Positions 30,948 to 40,318 of a stretch of 64,000 nucleotides of DNA are shown here, piece by piece. The stretch spans positions 821-64,820 of the forward strand of contig DASTNC010000071.1 in NCBI GenBank assembly GCA_035721225.1, given 5' to 3'. The translations under genes were made by a program, and so were the position numbers. The notes beneath the pieces were generated by a model that was given only the letters and a program-made list of their open reading frames with translations, was not told where the DNA came from and did no database searches. The stretch's first letter is position 1; each line of letters starts with the position of its first letter. The DNA is from Pseudolysinimonas sp. GTDB taxonomy: Bacteria > Actinomycetota > Actinomycetes > Actinomycetales > Microbacteriaceae.

Positions 30948-31943
30948 ATGATCATGAGGCCACTCCGGGATCGGGTCACGATCCGTGAGGTCGCCGCGGA
31001 CGCCGGGCTCTCGATCTCGACCGTGTCGCGGGCGCTCAGCGGGGCCCGCCCCGTGACACCCGGGATCGCCGAGAAGGTGCGGGAGTCGGCAGAGAGGCTC
31101 GGGTACCGGGTCGATTCGATCGGAAGGTCGCTGAGAACCCAGCGGACCGACACGCTCGGACTGGTGATCCCGGACATCACCAATCCGTTCTTCCCCGCGC
31201 TCATTCAAGCAATCGAGCACGCTGCGCGAGCCAGAGGTCTCGGGATCGTGATCGCGGATGCCGACAACGATCCGCAGATCGAGCGCATCGCGCTTCGCAC
31301 TCTCATCGATCAACGCGTCGACGCGGTGCTGATCTCCCCGACCGACCTCACGGCGAGCCTCGACGGGCTGCGCGACGCCGCGGGGCGCATCCCCGTCATC
31401 CAGGTCGACCGGGTCATCGACGAGGAACTGCCTCACATCCGAATCGATCAGACCTCGCCCATCGAGCAACTGGTCGCGCACTTGCGCGCCTCAGGGCGCC
31501 GGCATCTCACCTTCGTGGGGCAGCAGCCGACCGTTGCCACCTCGCTCGAGCGCGAACGAGCGTTCGCGCGGGTGATGGCGGACGCGTTCCCCCGTGAGCC
31601 GCTTCGCATCCTGCCGGGTGGCACGTCTGCCCTGTCAGGCAGAGAGGCCGCCCGGCAGGTCGTCGAGCAGTGGCCGCTGACCGATGCCATCGTCTGCGCG
31701 AACGACCTCATCGGCGTGGGTGTTCTTCAAGAGCTGGGCGCCGAACCGGGGCGACGCGCCATCGCGGTCTCGGGGTTCGACGACACCCTGCTCGCTCACG
31801 CCGTGCAGCTGACCTCGGTGAAACAACCCGTCGACGAGCTCGCACGCGCCGCCGTGTCAGCGGCGGTGGGAGCTCGACAGGATGGCGAGCCCGTGCGGGC
31901 GGTCTTCACGTCCGAGGTGGTCTTTCGGCGAAGCACCGAGTAG
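30948..31943 (+). CDS. LacI family transcriptional regulator
   Basis: TIREVAADAGLSISTVSRAL, PDITNPFF, CANDLI, VSGFDD. Confidence 0.93.
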   Translation: MIMRPLRDRVTIREVAADAGLSISTVSRALSGARPVTPGIAEKVRESAERLGYRVDSIGRSLRTQRTDTLGLVIPDITNPFFPALIQAIEHAARARGLGIVIADADNDPQIERIALRTLIDQRVDAVLISPTDLTASLDGLRDAAGRIPVIQVDRVIDEELPHIRIDQTSPIEQLVAHLRASGRRHLTFVGQQPTVATSLERERAFARVMADAFPREPLRILPGGTSALSGREAARQVVEQWPLTDAIVCANDLIGVGVLQELGAEPGRRAIAVSGFDDTLLAHAVQLTSVKQPVDELARAAVSAAVGARQDGEPVRAVFTSEVVFRRSTE

Positions 31944-31978
31944 TCCCCTCGCCGACAGCCTCGTGACACCGGGTGTCG

Positions 31979-32845
31979 TCACAGCTCGGGACCTTGCGCT
32001 GCTGCGCCGAGTTTGCGAGACAGGTCTTCGGCGGCGGCCGCCACATAGCGCCCGAGATTGTCGAGGCGTTCGCCGATCCGGCCCTTGGGCGCGCTCACGT
32101 TGATCGCCGCCACGATCCTTCCGTTCAGATCCCGCACCGGCGCTGATGCGCCAACCACGCCCGACTCCAGCTCTTCGTCCAGGGTCGCATACCCCCGCGA
32201 ACGGATGCGCGCCAGCTCCTCCAGCAGGCTCTCGAAGTCGTTCACGATGGCCTTGTCCTCCGGGGGAACGGGCAACACCGAGAAGCCGGAGGCCGCCATC
32301 ACCGGATCGCTCGGGCCGACGATGGGCAGGTCGTGACCGTGCTCGTCGTACCAGCGCGCGAGAGAGATGCGGTCCCAGTCGCTGAGCAGCACGCGGCCTG
32401 ACGGCGTCCGCCAGGCCGCCGTCGTCACTCCCTCCCACCCGGTCGTGCGGAACTCGTGGGGGCTCAGCTCGCTCAGGATCGTCAGCACGTTCCCCCCCCG
32501 GAGCACGCACAGGTGCGTGGTCTCACGCGTCGAGAGGGCAACCTGTCGCAGGTGCGAGCGGGCCTGCGACGCCAGGCGGCTCTCGGACGTTCGGGCGGCA
32601 AGCGCATACAGGCGCGAGCCCAGGCGATACGTCAGTGTCGTCTCGTCCCGATCGAGCAAGCCGGCGTCGGCGAGGGTGGCCAACGATCGCGACACGACCG
32701 CCTTGTCCCGCCCGGTCAGTTGCGCCACCCGAACAACCCCGAGCCCTTGGTTCTGCGCGGCTTCCGGCCCGCCCAAGAGCTCGAGAATCTCGACATCCCT
32801 GGTCAGCCCCGACCTGTTGCGTCTGGGTTCGGTGTGCTCCGCCAC
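31979..32845 (-). CDS. IclR family transcriptional regulator
   Basis: HTH (VVRVAQLTGRDKAVVSRSL), RETTHL, IRSRGYA.LDEELESG, AAINVSAP. Confidence 0.92.
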   Translation of the reverse strand: MAEHTEPRRNRSGLTRDVEILELLGGPEAAQNQGLGVVRVAQLTGRDKAVVSRSLATLADAGLLDRDETTLTYRLGSRLYALAARTSESRLASQARSHLRQVALSTRETTHLCVLRGGNVLTILSELSPHEFRTTGWEGVTTAAWRTPSGRVLLSDWDRISLARWYDEHGHDLPIVGPSDPVMAASGFSVLPVPPEDKAIVNDFESLLEELARIRSRGYATLDEELESGVVGASAPVRDLNGRIVAAINVSAPKGRIGERLDNLGRYVAAAAEDLSRKLGAAAQGPEL

Positions 32846-32865
32846 GCCTTAAGCATAATAACGCT

Positions 32866-32882
32866 GTTGCCATATATACAAC
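32866..32882. promoter_or_regulatory. Probable IclR operator
   Basis: GTTG-ccatatata-CAAC in the AT-rich divergent spacer. Confidence 0.5.
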
Positions 32883-32958
32883 GAACCTTGTCAAAGTGTC
32901 ATCGCCCGGCCGTAGGGTGGTGCTACTGAGCCCACTCAAGGACGAGAAGGGATGGTTC

Positions 32959-33627
32959 ATGGACACCGGCTTCAACTTCGCCCAGCTCGCCCTGTTTCTG
33001 AGTGACCGGTGGGGCGAGATCATCAACCTCACGGTTCAGCACATCTCCGTTGTCGCGATCTCCTTGGTGATCGCGTTGGTCGTGGGGGTCGCGATCGGCG
33101 TCGCGGTGTGGAACAAGCCCATCTCGCGGGCCACCGCCCTTGCCGCCGCAGGAATCGCCATCACGATTCCGTCGCTGGCGCTGCTCGCGCTCCTCTCACC
33201 GCTTCTCGGTCTCGGCTGGGGGCCGACCATTGTCGCCCTCGTCTTCTACTCTCTGCTGCCGATCATCCGGAACACGGTCGTGGGACTGCGCGAAGTCCCC
33301 GCGGGGGTCCTCGAGTCGGCGCGGGGCATGGGCATGAGCCGCGCGAGGGTGATGCTGACGACGCAGCTGCCCATCGCCTGGCCGGTGATCCTCACCGGCG
33401 TGCGGGTTGCCGCGCAGCTCACCATCGGGATCGCGGCCATCGCCGCCTATGTGGCGGGTCCCGGGCTCGGGCAATACATCTTCACCGGGCTGTCGTCGAT
33501 CGGCTCGCGCAACGCCATCAACTACGCGTTGGTCGGAACGGTCCTGGTGATCGTTCTCGCCCTCCTCGTCGATGGCGCGTTCGTCTTCATCACCCGGTTC
33601 ACAACATCGAGGGGTCTTCGTGGCTGA
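32959..33627 (+). CDS. Osmoprotectant/betaine-type (OpuB/C-like) ABC permease
   Basis: TIPSLALLA, YSLLPIIRNT, ESARGMGM, GPGLG. Confidence 0.92.
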   Translation: MDTGFNFAQLALFLSDRWGEIINLTVQHISVVAISLVIALVVGVAIGVAVWNKPISRATALAAAGIAITIPSLALLALLSPLLGLGWGPTIVALVFYSLLPIIRNTVVGLREVPAGVLESARGMGMSRARVMLTTQLPIAWPVILTGVRVAAQLTIGIAAIAAYVAGPGLGQYIFTGLSSIGSRNAINYALVGTVLVIVLALLVDGAFVFITRFTTSRGLRG

Positions 33628-34645
33628 AATCACCAACACCGGCTTTCTGACTGCCATCTCGGAGCAGTCAGCCGGCGTGAGCATCGAGCTGGACAACGTC
33701 ACGAAGGTCTACCCGGGCCAATCGGCCCCGGCGGTCGAGAACTTCTCGATGAGCATCGAGCCGGGAGAGTTCGTCGTGTTCGTCGGGCCGAGCGGGTGCG
33801 GCAAGACGACGACCATGAAGATGATCAACCGCATCATCGAGCCGACCTCGGGAAGCATCCGGATCGACGGCAAGGACGTCCTGTCGCTTGACCCGAACGC
33901 GCTGCGCCGTCACATCGGATACGTCATCCAGCAGATCGGGCTGTTCCCCCACCGGACGATTGCCGAGAACATCGGCACCGTGCCGAGGATGCTGGGCTGG
34001 TCCAAGAGCAAGGTCGCTGAGCGCGTCGACGAGCTGCTGCGCACGGTGCAGCTCGACCCCGCGGACTTCGCCAAGCGGTACCCGAAGCAGCTGTCCGGGG
34101 GGCAGCAGCAGCGTGCGGGTGTCGCGCGTGCGCTTGCGGCCAACCCGCCGGTGATGCTGATGGACGAACCGTTCGGCGCCACCGACCCGATCACCCGGGA
34201 GAAGCTGCAGGCGGAGTTCCTGCGGCTGCAGGCCGAGCTGGGCAAGACCATCATCTTCGTCACCCACGACTTCGACGAGGCGATCCGCCTCGGCGACCGG
34301 ATCGCGGTGATGAGCGAGCGCAGCAAGATCGAGCAGTTCGACACTCCCGCGAACATCCTCGCCGCGCCGGCCAACGACTACGTGGCCTCGTTCATCGGAC
34401 AGGGCGCGGCGATCAAGCGGCTGACGCTGATCCCCGTGACCGCGGCGCGGCTCTTGCCGGTCGCCGAAGGCAGCCCCGGCATCCCCGCCGATGGCTCGCT
34501 GCGTGATGCGCTCGACCTCATCGTGCTCACCGGCAGCCGCGCGATCAACGTCGTCGACGCGGACGGGCGGCCGATGGGATCCCTCGACCACGCGACGATC
34601 TCGGCGGTGCTGGGCACTCCGTCGAAACGGGGAGGCAGGGGATGA
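33620..34645 (+). CDS. Betaine-type ABC transporter ATP-binding protein
   Basis: GPSGCGKT, GYVIQQIGLFPH, LSGGQQQR, LMDEPFGA; degenerate CBS tail. Confidence 0.93.
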   Translation: MAEITNTGFLTAISEQSAGVSIELDNVTKVYPGQSAPAVENFSMSIEPGEFVVFVGPSGCGKTTTMKMINRIIEPTSGSIRIDGKDVLSLDPNALRRHIGYVIQQIGLFPHRTIAENIGTVPRMLGWSKSKVAERVDELLRTVQLDPADFAKRYPKQLSGGQQQRAGVARALAANPPVMLMDEPFGATDPITREKLQAEFLRLQAELGKTIIFVTHDFDEAIRLGDRIAVMSERSKIEQFDTPANILAAPANDYVASFIGQGAAIKRLTLIPVTAARLLPVAEGSPGIPADGSLRDALDLIVLTGSRAINVVDADGRPMGSLDHATISAVLGTPSKRGGRG

Positions 34646-35430
34646 GCACCGCGACCGCCGATCCTGTCGACTGGAGCACCGGAGAGGTCACCCGGTTCCG
34701 CGACCGCAGCGCAATGGTCGCGCGGTGGGCGGCGGCGCCCGCGTTCGTCGCCGTCGCGCTGATCGCCACCTTCGCTTTCGTCTCCGCGCTGCAGCTCGAC
34801 TCGATCGAGCAGCGAACGCTCAACCCCGACTACATCACCGCGCGCATCCGTGAGCACATCGTCCTGACGATCGTGGCATCCGCACTGGTGGCGGTGCTGG
34901 CGATCCCCGCCGGGATCCTGGTGCACCGCGTCCAGTCGAGGATCTTCCGAGGCATCGTGCTGACCATCGGCAACATCGGGCAAGCCACCCCGGCCATCGG
35001 TGTCGTCATTCTGCTGGCGATCGTCTGGCAGACCGGATTCGCGACCGCGGTGGTCGCGCTCGTTGCCTATTCCTTCCTCCCCGTCTTGCGGAACACGATG
35101 ATCGGCCTCGAACAGGTGAGCCCCGAGGCCAAGGAGGCCGCCCGTGGAATGGGGATGACCCCCGGGCAGGTACTGCGGCACATCGAGCTCCCCCTCGCCA
35201 CGCCGACGATCCTCGCCGGGCTGCGCACCTCATTGGTGTTCGCCGTCGGGGTGGCAACGGTGGCGACCTTCATCAACGCCGGTGGTCTGGGCGACATGAT
35301 CGTGAACGGCCTGAAGCTGCAGCGGTTCCCTGTCCTGCTCGTCGGCGCCGTGCTGGTGGCGGCCATCGCCATCCTCATCGACTGGCTGGCCGGAATCGTC
35401 GAAGACCTCGTCCGCCCGAAGGGGCTCTAG
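34642..35430 (+). CDS. Betaine-type ABC permease
   Basis: LPVLRNT, EAARGMGM, IELPLA, AGGLG. Confidence 0.92.
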   Translation: MSTATADPVDWSTGEVTRFRDRSAMVARWAAAPAFVAVALIATFAFVSALQLDSIEQRTLNPDYITARIREHIVLTIVASALVAVLAIPAGILVHRVQSRIFRGIVLTIGNIGQATPAIGVVILLAIVWQTGFATAVVALVAYSFLPVLRNTMIGLEQVSPEAKEAARGMGMTPGQVLRHIELPLATPTILAGLRTSLVFAVGVATVATFINAGGLGDMIVNGLKLQRFPVLLVGAVLVAAIAILIDWLAGIVEDLVRPKGL

Positions 35431-35541
35431 GCGATCCGGCAGCACAGGCACCCGACTTCCTCTCCTCAATCACCCCCGCAACACCCCGTCTCGCGTCGGC
35501 GCCTTGACGTGCCCCGCGACCATCAAGAAAGAAGGAACACC

Positions 35542-36480
35542 ATGTTTACCAAGAGGCAGATTTCAGGAGTGGCGCTCGCCGCAGCGGCCGTCCTGCTCTT
35601 CACAGGATGCGCCAGCTCCAACGGTTCCACCGCGACCAGCAAGGGTGACGAGCTCAAGGGCCTGACGGGGCAGATCGGGTCCAAGGACTTCTCGGAGCAG
35701 TACATCCTGGCTTACCTGACCACCGACATCCTCAACGCTCACGGGGCGAAGCTGACCGCCAACACCAAGTTGGTCGGCTCGGCGAACGTGCGTCAGGCGC
35801 TGGTCAACAAGCAGTTCGTCGGCTACTGGGAGTACACCGGAACGGCCTGGATCACCTACCAGGGCAACACCAAGCCGATCACCGACCCGAAGGCCCAGTT
35901 CGACGCGGTGAAGAAGGCCGACGAGGCGAACGGCATCGCCTGGCTCGACCCGGCTCCGCTGAACAACACCTACGCCTTCGCGGTCCGCAGCGACGAGGCG
36001 AAGAAGCTGGGAGTGACGAGCCTGAGTGATGTGGCGAAGCTGCCGCAGAAGGATCAGACGTTCTGCATCGAGAGCGAGTTCTCTACGCGCGACGACGGAT
36101 GGCCGGGCCTCAAGAAGGCCTACGGGATCACCGTTCCCGACTCGAACGTGAAGCTGCTCGACACCGGCATCATCTACACGGCCACCCAGAAGGGGCAGGA
36201 CTGCAACTTCGGCGAGGTCTTCGCGACGGATGGCCGCATCAAGGCACTCGACCTGACCGTGATGAAGGACGACAAGAACTTCTTCCCGGTCTACCAGGGT
36301 GCGTTCTCGCTGCAGGCGCCGATCCTGAAGAAGTACCCCGCCATCGCCGACGTCATCGCCAAGCTGTCGCCGCTGCTCACCACCGAGCAGATGCAGAAGC
36401 TCAACGCCCAGGTCGATGTCGACGGCCGTGAGCCGGCGACGGTGGCCGAGGAGTTCCTGAAGGCCAACGGTCTCATCTGA
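35542..36480 (+). CDS. Betaine/choline-type (OpuAC/OsmF-like) substrate-binding lipoprotein
   Basis: Lipobox FTGC; GSKDFSEQ, YWEYTGT, NNTYA, EF..R.DG, FATDGRI, FFPVY. Confidence 0.92.
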   Translation: MFTKRQISGVALAAAAVLLFTGCASSNGSTATSKGDELKGLTGQIGSKDFSEQYILAYLTTDILNAHGAKLTANTKLVGSANVRQALVNKQFVGYWEYTGTAWITYQGNTKPITDPKAQFDAVKKADEANGIAWLDPAPLNNTYAFAVRSDEAKKLGVTSLSDVAKLPQKDQTFCIESEFSTRDDGWPGLKKAYGITVPDSNVKLLDTGIIYTATQKGQDCNFGEVFATDGRIKALDLTVMKDDKNFFPVYQGAFSLQAPILKKYPAIADVIAKLSPLLTTEQMQKLNAQVDVDGREPATVAEEFLKANGLI

Positions 36481-36995
36481 TGTCGGAGGTCATCGCACTG
36501 CAGATCGGCGAGAGCTTCGTGGGTGATGGGGTGAATGCTGCCCACATCAATACGGTGCTGGGCGACCGGAGCGGCCCTGCTGGAGTTGCCTGGGCGACCG
36601 CCCTTGCGTCTCCGAGTGCCGGCCACGTGCCCTTCGTCGCGATCCTGCAGCCGTCCCTGCCGGTCAAGCCCATCACCCTGTTCGTGACCAAGTCGGCGCC
36701 TGAGGGCGACGTGCACGGCAACATGATCTGGGGTCCGGCCCAGGCGGGAGTGGCGGCGGGGGTTGCAGATGCGGTGGCCGACGGGATCATCCCGGAGAGT
36801 GCCACCCAGACGGCCGCGCTCATCGCGGCCGTCTGGGTGAACCCGGGAGCGGACGACGCGGATGCCGTCTACGTCAACAATCGACGGGCGACCGCCACGG
36901 CGCTCAGGAACGGCGCGACCGGCGAGCCGGCACTCGAGCGCATCCTCGCAGCTCGCCACCACCCCAGCAACCCGTTCTACACCAGCCCGGATTAG
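36480..36995 (+). CDS. fae: Formaldehyde-activating enzyme (Fae) family protein
   Basis: IGESFVGDG...AHI..VLG, GH.PF, KP.TL.V.K, GPAQAGVA.GVADAV.DG.IP, NN..AT. Confidence 0.85.
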   Translation: MSEVIALQIGESFVGDGVNAAHINTVLGDRSGPAGVAWATALASPSAGHVPFVAILQPSLPVKPITLFVTKSAPEGDVHGNMIWGPAQAGVAAGVADAVADGIIPESATQTAALIAAVWVNPGADDADAVYVNNRRATATALRNGATGEPALERILAARHHPSNPFYTSPD

Positions 36996-37034
36996 CGTCA
37001 TCGCGACGACCAGGCACCTCGAGAAGGAACAGAA

Positions 37035-37979
37035 ATGACAACACAGGACATGCCGACGGTCGGCTTCATCGGTCTCGGGAGCATGGGTGCCGGCATGACC
37101 CGCAACCTGCAGAAAGCGGGCTACCCACTGGTCGTCAACGATCTCCGTCCCGAGTCTGCTGAGGATCTCGTGAAGGGGGGAGCGACCTGGGCGGCCACCG
37201 CTGCCGAGGTCGCTGCCGCGAGCGACCTGGTGATCACCATGCTGCCGACCCCTCGGCACGTTGCCGACGCGGTCTCGGGTCCGGGAGGCGTGCTCGAGGG
37301 CATCGCGGACGGGGGAACGTGGATCGACATGTCGACCTCGGTGCCCGAGGTGGCGAACGCTGTTCGCCTCGCGACCGAGTCACGTGGACTGCACATCCTC
37401 GACGCGCCGGTCAGCGGCATGTCGATCGGGGCGGCGAAGGGCATGCTGCAGATCTTCATCGGGGGCGACGCCGCCGACGTGGAGCGGCTCCGTCCCGTCT
37501 TCGAGGCGATGGGCGACCCCGAGCGCATCCTGCATGTCGGAGCGCACGGGGCTGGCTATGCCGTGAAGCTCATGATCAACCAGTTGTGGTTCTCGCACCT
37601 GGTTGCGACGGCCGAGGTGCTGGCGACCGGGGTGTCGGCGGGCGTCGACCTCCGGGTGCTGCGCGACGCGCTGGTCGCCAGCCCGGCGAACAGCAACTTC
37701 GTGGAGCACGACGTGCTGTCCATCCTCGAAGCCGGGGATTACGACGAAGGCTTCGCTCTCGCCCTGGCCTGCAAGGATCTGGGGCTCTCGATCGACCTCT
37801 CGCGTTCGGTCGGGGTGTCGGTGGAGCTGTCGGCGCTCGTCGAGCAGGTCTTCCGGCGGGCGCGCAACGCCTATGGCGATCGCGCGGGTGAGATGACGCC
37901 GTTCCGCCTGTACGAAGATCTGGTGGGGCGGCCGCTGCGTCTGGTCGCCGAGGAATCGGGCGAGGTGACGGCACGGTGA
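37035..37979 (+). CDS. NAD(P)-dependent beta-hydroxyacid dehydrogenase (3-hydroxyisobutyrate DH family)
   Basis: GFIGLGSMG, DMSTS, DAPVSG, catalytic Lys in AVKLMIN, KDL. Confidence 0.9.
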   Translation: MTTQDMPTVGFIGLGSMGAGMTRNLQKAGYPLVVNDLRPESAEDLVKGGATWAATAAEVAAASDLVITMLPTPRHVADAVSGPGGVLEGIADGGTWIDMSTSVPEVANAVRLATESRGLHILDAPVSGMSIGAAKGMLQIFIGGDAADVERLRPVFEAMGDPERILHVGAHGAGYAVKLMINQLWFSHLVATAEVLATGVSAGVDLRVLRDALVASPANSNFVEHDVLSILEAGDYDEGFALALACKDLGLSIDLSRSVGVSVELSALVEQVFRRARNAYGDRAGEMTPFRLYEDLVGRPLRLVAEESGEVTAR

Positions 37980-39481
37980 CCCCCGTGACCGTGACCGACG
38001 AGCAGCTGGTGCTGAGCCGGATTCGGACGGAGCTCTTCATCGACGGCGAGTGGCGCCCGGCATCCTCGGGCCGCACCTTCTCCGTCACCGATCCCTCGAC
38101 GGGTGGCACCCTGGCCGAGGTGGCCGACGCGACCCCCGAGGACGGCCAGGCCGCTCTCGACGCAGCGCATCGGGCCCAACGCGGCTGGGCCAAGACGGCG
38201 CCCCGCGCTCGCGCCGAGATCCTGCGCCGCGCCTTCGAGTCGGTGACCGCTCGGGCCGACGAGTTCGCCATGACCATGACGCTGGAGATGGGCAAGCCGC
38301 TGGCCGAGTCCCACGGCGAAGTCGCCTACGGAGCGGAGTTCCTGCGCTGGTTCTCGGAAGAAGCTCCGCGCATCTCCGGCCGCTACGCGACGGCTCCTGA
38401 CGGCGCCAATCGGCTTCTGGTGGTGAAGCGCCCGGTCGGGCCGTGCCTGTTCATCACGCCCTGGAACTTCCCGCTCGCGATGGCCACGCGCAAGATCGCG
38501 CCGGCGATCGCCGCCGGCTGCACCATGGTGCTGAAGCCCGCCGCCCTCACGCCTCTGACCGCGCTGCTGTTGACGCAGGTGTTCGAGGAAGCCGGGCTGC
38601 CCGCTGGCGTGCTCAATGTCATCCCGACCACCACCGCGGGGCAGGTCACCGGGCCTCTGATCACCGACTCCCGGCTGCGCAAACTGTCGTTCACCGGATC
38701 CACCGAGGTGGGGCGGCGTCTGATCGCCGATTCTGCCGAGCAGGTGCTGCGCGTCTCGATGGAGCTCGGCGGCAACGCGCCCTTCATCGTCTTCGAGGAT
38801 GCTGACATCCCCGCCGCCGTGGCCGGCGGCATTCTCGCCAAGATGCGCAACGGCGGGGAGGCGTGCGTCGCCGCCAACCGCTTCCTGGTTCACGAGTCGG
38901 TCGCCGAGGAGTTCACGGCGGCATTCGTGGAGCGAATGGCCGGCTTCACCGTCGCCCGCGGGACCGAACCCGGATCGACCGTCGGCCCGCTGGTCGACGA
39001 GCCGACGCGTGACAAGGTCGCCTCGCTGGTCGCGGGTGCGATCGAGGACGGCGCGCACCTGGCGCTGGGCGGGTCGGCCATCCCCGGCGCCGGATACTTC
39101 TACCAGCCGACCGTGTTGACGAACGTGCCCGCCGGGGCGCGCATCCTCGAGGAGGAGATCTTCGGCCCGGTCGCACCCATCACCACGTTCCGCACCGAGG
39201 CCGAGGCCATCGAGCTGGCGAACGCCACGCCGTTCGGGCTCGTCTGCTTCGCGTTCACCTCCGATCTGAACCGGGCGCTGCGACTCGCGGAGGAACTCGA
39301 CACCGGCATGCTGGGCATCAACGCCGGCGTCGTCTCCAATCCCGCGGCGCCGTTCGGGGGAGTCAAGCAGTCGGGCCTGGGCCGAGAGGGAGGCTTCGAG
39401 GGCATCGACGAATACCTGGAGACTCGCTACGTCGGCATTGCCGACCCCTTCGCACCAGCCCACGATTCCGAGGACCACTGA
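37976..39481 (+). CDS. gabD: Succinate-semialdehyde dehydrogenase-like aldehyde dehydrogenase
   Basis: ITPWNFP, SFTGSTEVG, MELGGNAP, KMRNGGEACVAANR, EEIFGP, APFGGVKQSG. Confidence 0.85.
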   Translation: MTPVTVTDEQLVLSRIRTELFIDGEWRPASSGRTFSVTDPSTGGTLAEVADATPEDGQAALDAAHRAQRGWAKTAPRARAEILRRAFESVTARADEFAMTMTLEMGKPLAESHGEVAYGAEFLRWFSEEAPRISGRYATAPDGANRLLVVKRPVGPCLFITPWNFPLAMATRKIAPAIAAGCTMVLKPAALTPLTALLLTQVFEEAGLPAGVLNVIPTTTAGQVTGPLITDSRLRKLSFTGSTEVGRRLIADSAEQVLRVSMELGGNAPFIVFEDADIPAAVAGGILAKMRNGGEACVAANRFLVHESVAEEFTAAFVERMAGFTVARGTEPGSTVGPLVDEPTRDKVASLVAGAIEDGAHLALGGSAIPGAGYFYQPTVLTNVPAGARILEEEIFGPVAPITTFRTEAEAIELANATPFGLVCFAFTSDLNRALRLAEELDTGMLGINAGVVSNPAAPFGGVKQSGLGREGGFEGIDEYLETRYVGIADPFAPAHDSEDH

Positions 39482-39483
39482 CG

Positions 39484-40260
39484 ATGGACATCACCGAGTT
39501 CACAACGGACTTCTTCTCGCTGACGGGTCGCCGCGCGATCGTCACGGGCGGCAACTCCGGACTGGGGCGGGCCTTCGTGGTCGCGCTCGCTGCCGCAGGG
39601 GCCGACGTCTTCGTCCCGAGCCTCGCTCCCGACGACGGCACGACGGCCCGACTGGTGGAGGAGCGCGGGGGGCGGTACGAGTTCCTCGAAGCCGACATCA
39701 CGCAGGCCGGCGTGCCGGCGCAGGTGGTGGCCGCGTGCGCAGAGCGCCTCGGCGGAGTCGACATCCTGGTCAACTCGGCCGGCATCTGCCTGCTCGACGA
39801 CGTGGTGGCCTTCGACCGGAGCAAGTGGGACCCGATGATCTCGGTCAACCTCACCGCGGCGTTCGACCTCGCCCACGAGGCCGGCAAGCTGATGATCGCG
39901 CAGCGCTCGGGCAAGATCATCAACATCGCCTCGCTGTTCTCGTTCCTGGGCGGGCGGATGTCGCCCGCGTACGCGGCGACGAAAGCCGGCATCGTCGGGT
40001 TCACCAAGGCGTATGCCGATGAACTGGGCGAGCACGGCATTCAGGTCAACGCCCTCGCGCCCGGGTATTTCGCGACCGCCATCACCGAGCAGACCAGGTC
40101 GGATGCGGACGCCAGCCGCCGCATCCTCGAACACATCCCCGCGAACCGGTGGGGAGATCCCGCCGATCTGATGGGCGCGGTGGTGTTCCTGTCCAGCCGA
40201 GCATCCGACTACGTCAACGGCCACACGCTCGTCGTCGACGGCGGCTACCTCGTGCGATGA
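39484..40260 (+). CDS. ygcW: SDR oxidoreductase, YgcW-like (KduD-related)
   Basis: DFFSL.G..AIVTGGNSGLG.AF, SLFSFLGG..SPAY.ATK, HIPANRWG, VVDGGYLVR match the recalled E. coli YgcW sequence. Confidence 0.8.
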   Translation: MDITEFTTDFFSLTGRRAIVTGGNSGLGRAFVVALAAAGADVFVPSLAPDDGTTARLVEERGGRYEFLEADITQAGVPAQVVAACAERLGGVDILVNSAGICLLDDVVAFDRSKWDPMISVNLTAAFDLAHEAGKLMIAQRSGKIINIASLFSFLGGRMSPAYAATKAGIVGFTKAYADELGEHGIQVNALAPGYFATAITEQTRSDADASRRILEHIPANRWGDPADLMGAVVFLSSRASDYVNGHTLVVDGGYLVR

Positions 40261-40318
40261 ACGCGTTCACGCCCCCCCGTCACGTCGCATCCATTCGTCC
40301 GCATCACCAGGAGCAGCC

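Noticed and set aside
36480-36995. Evidence of methylotrophy
   Set aside because: No methanol or methylamine dehydrogenase, H4MPT or assimilation genes in the window; Fae alone is insufficient
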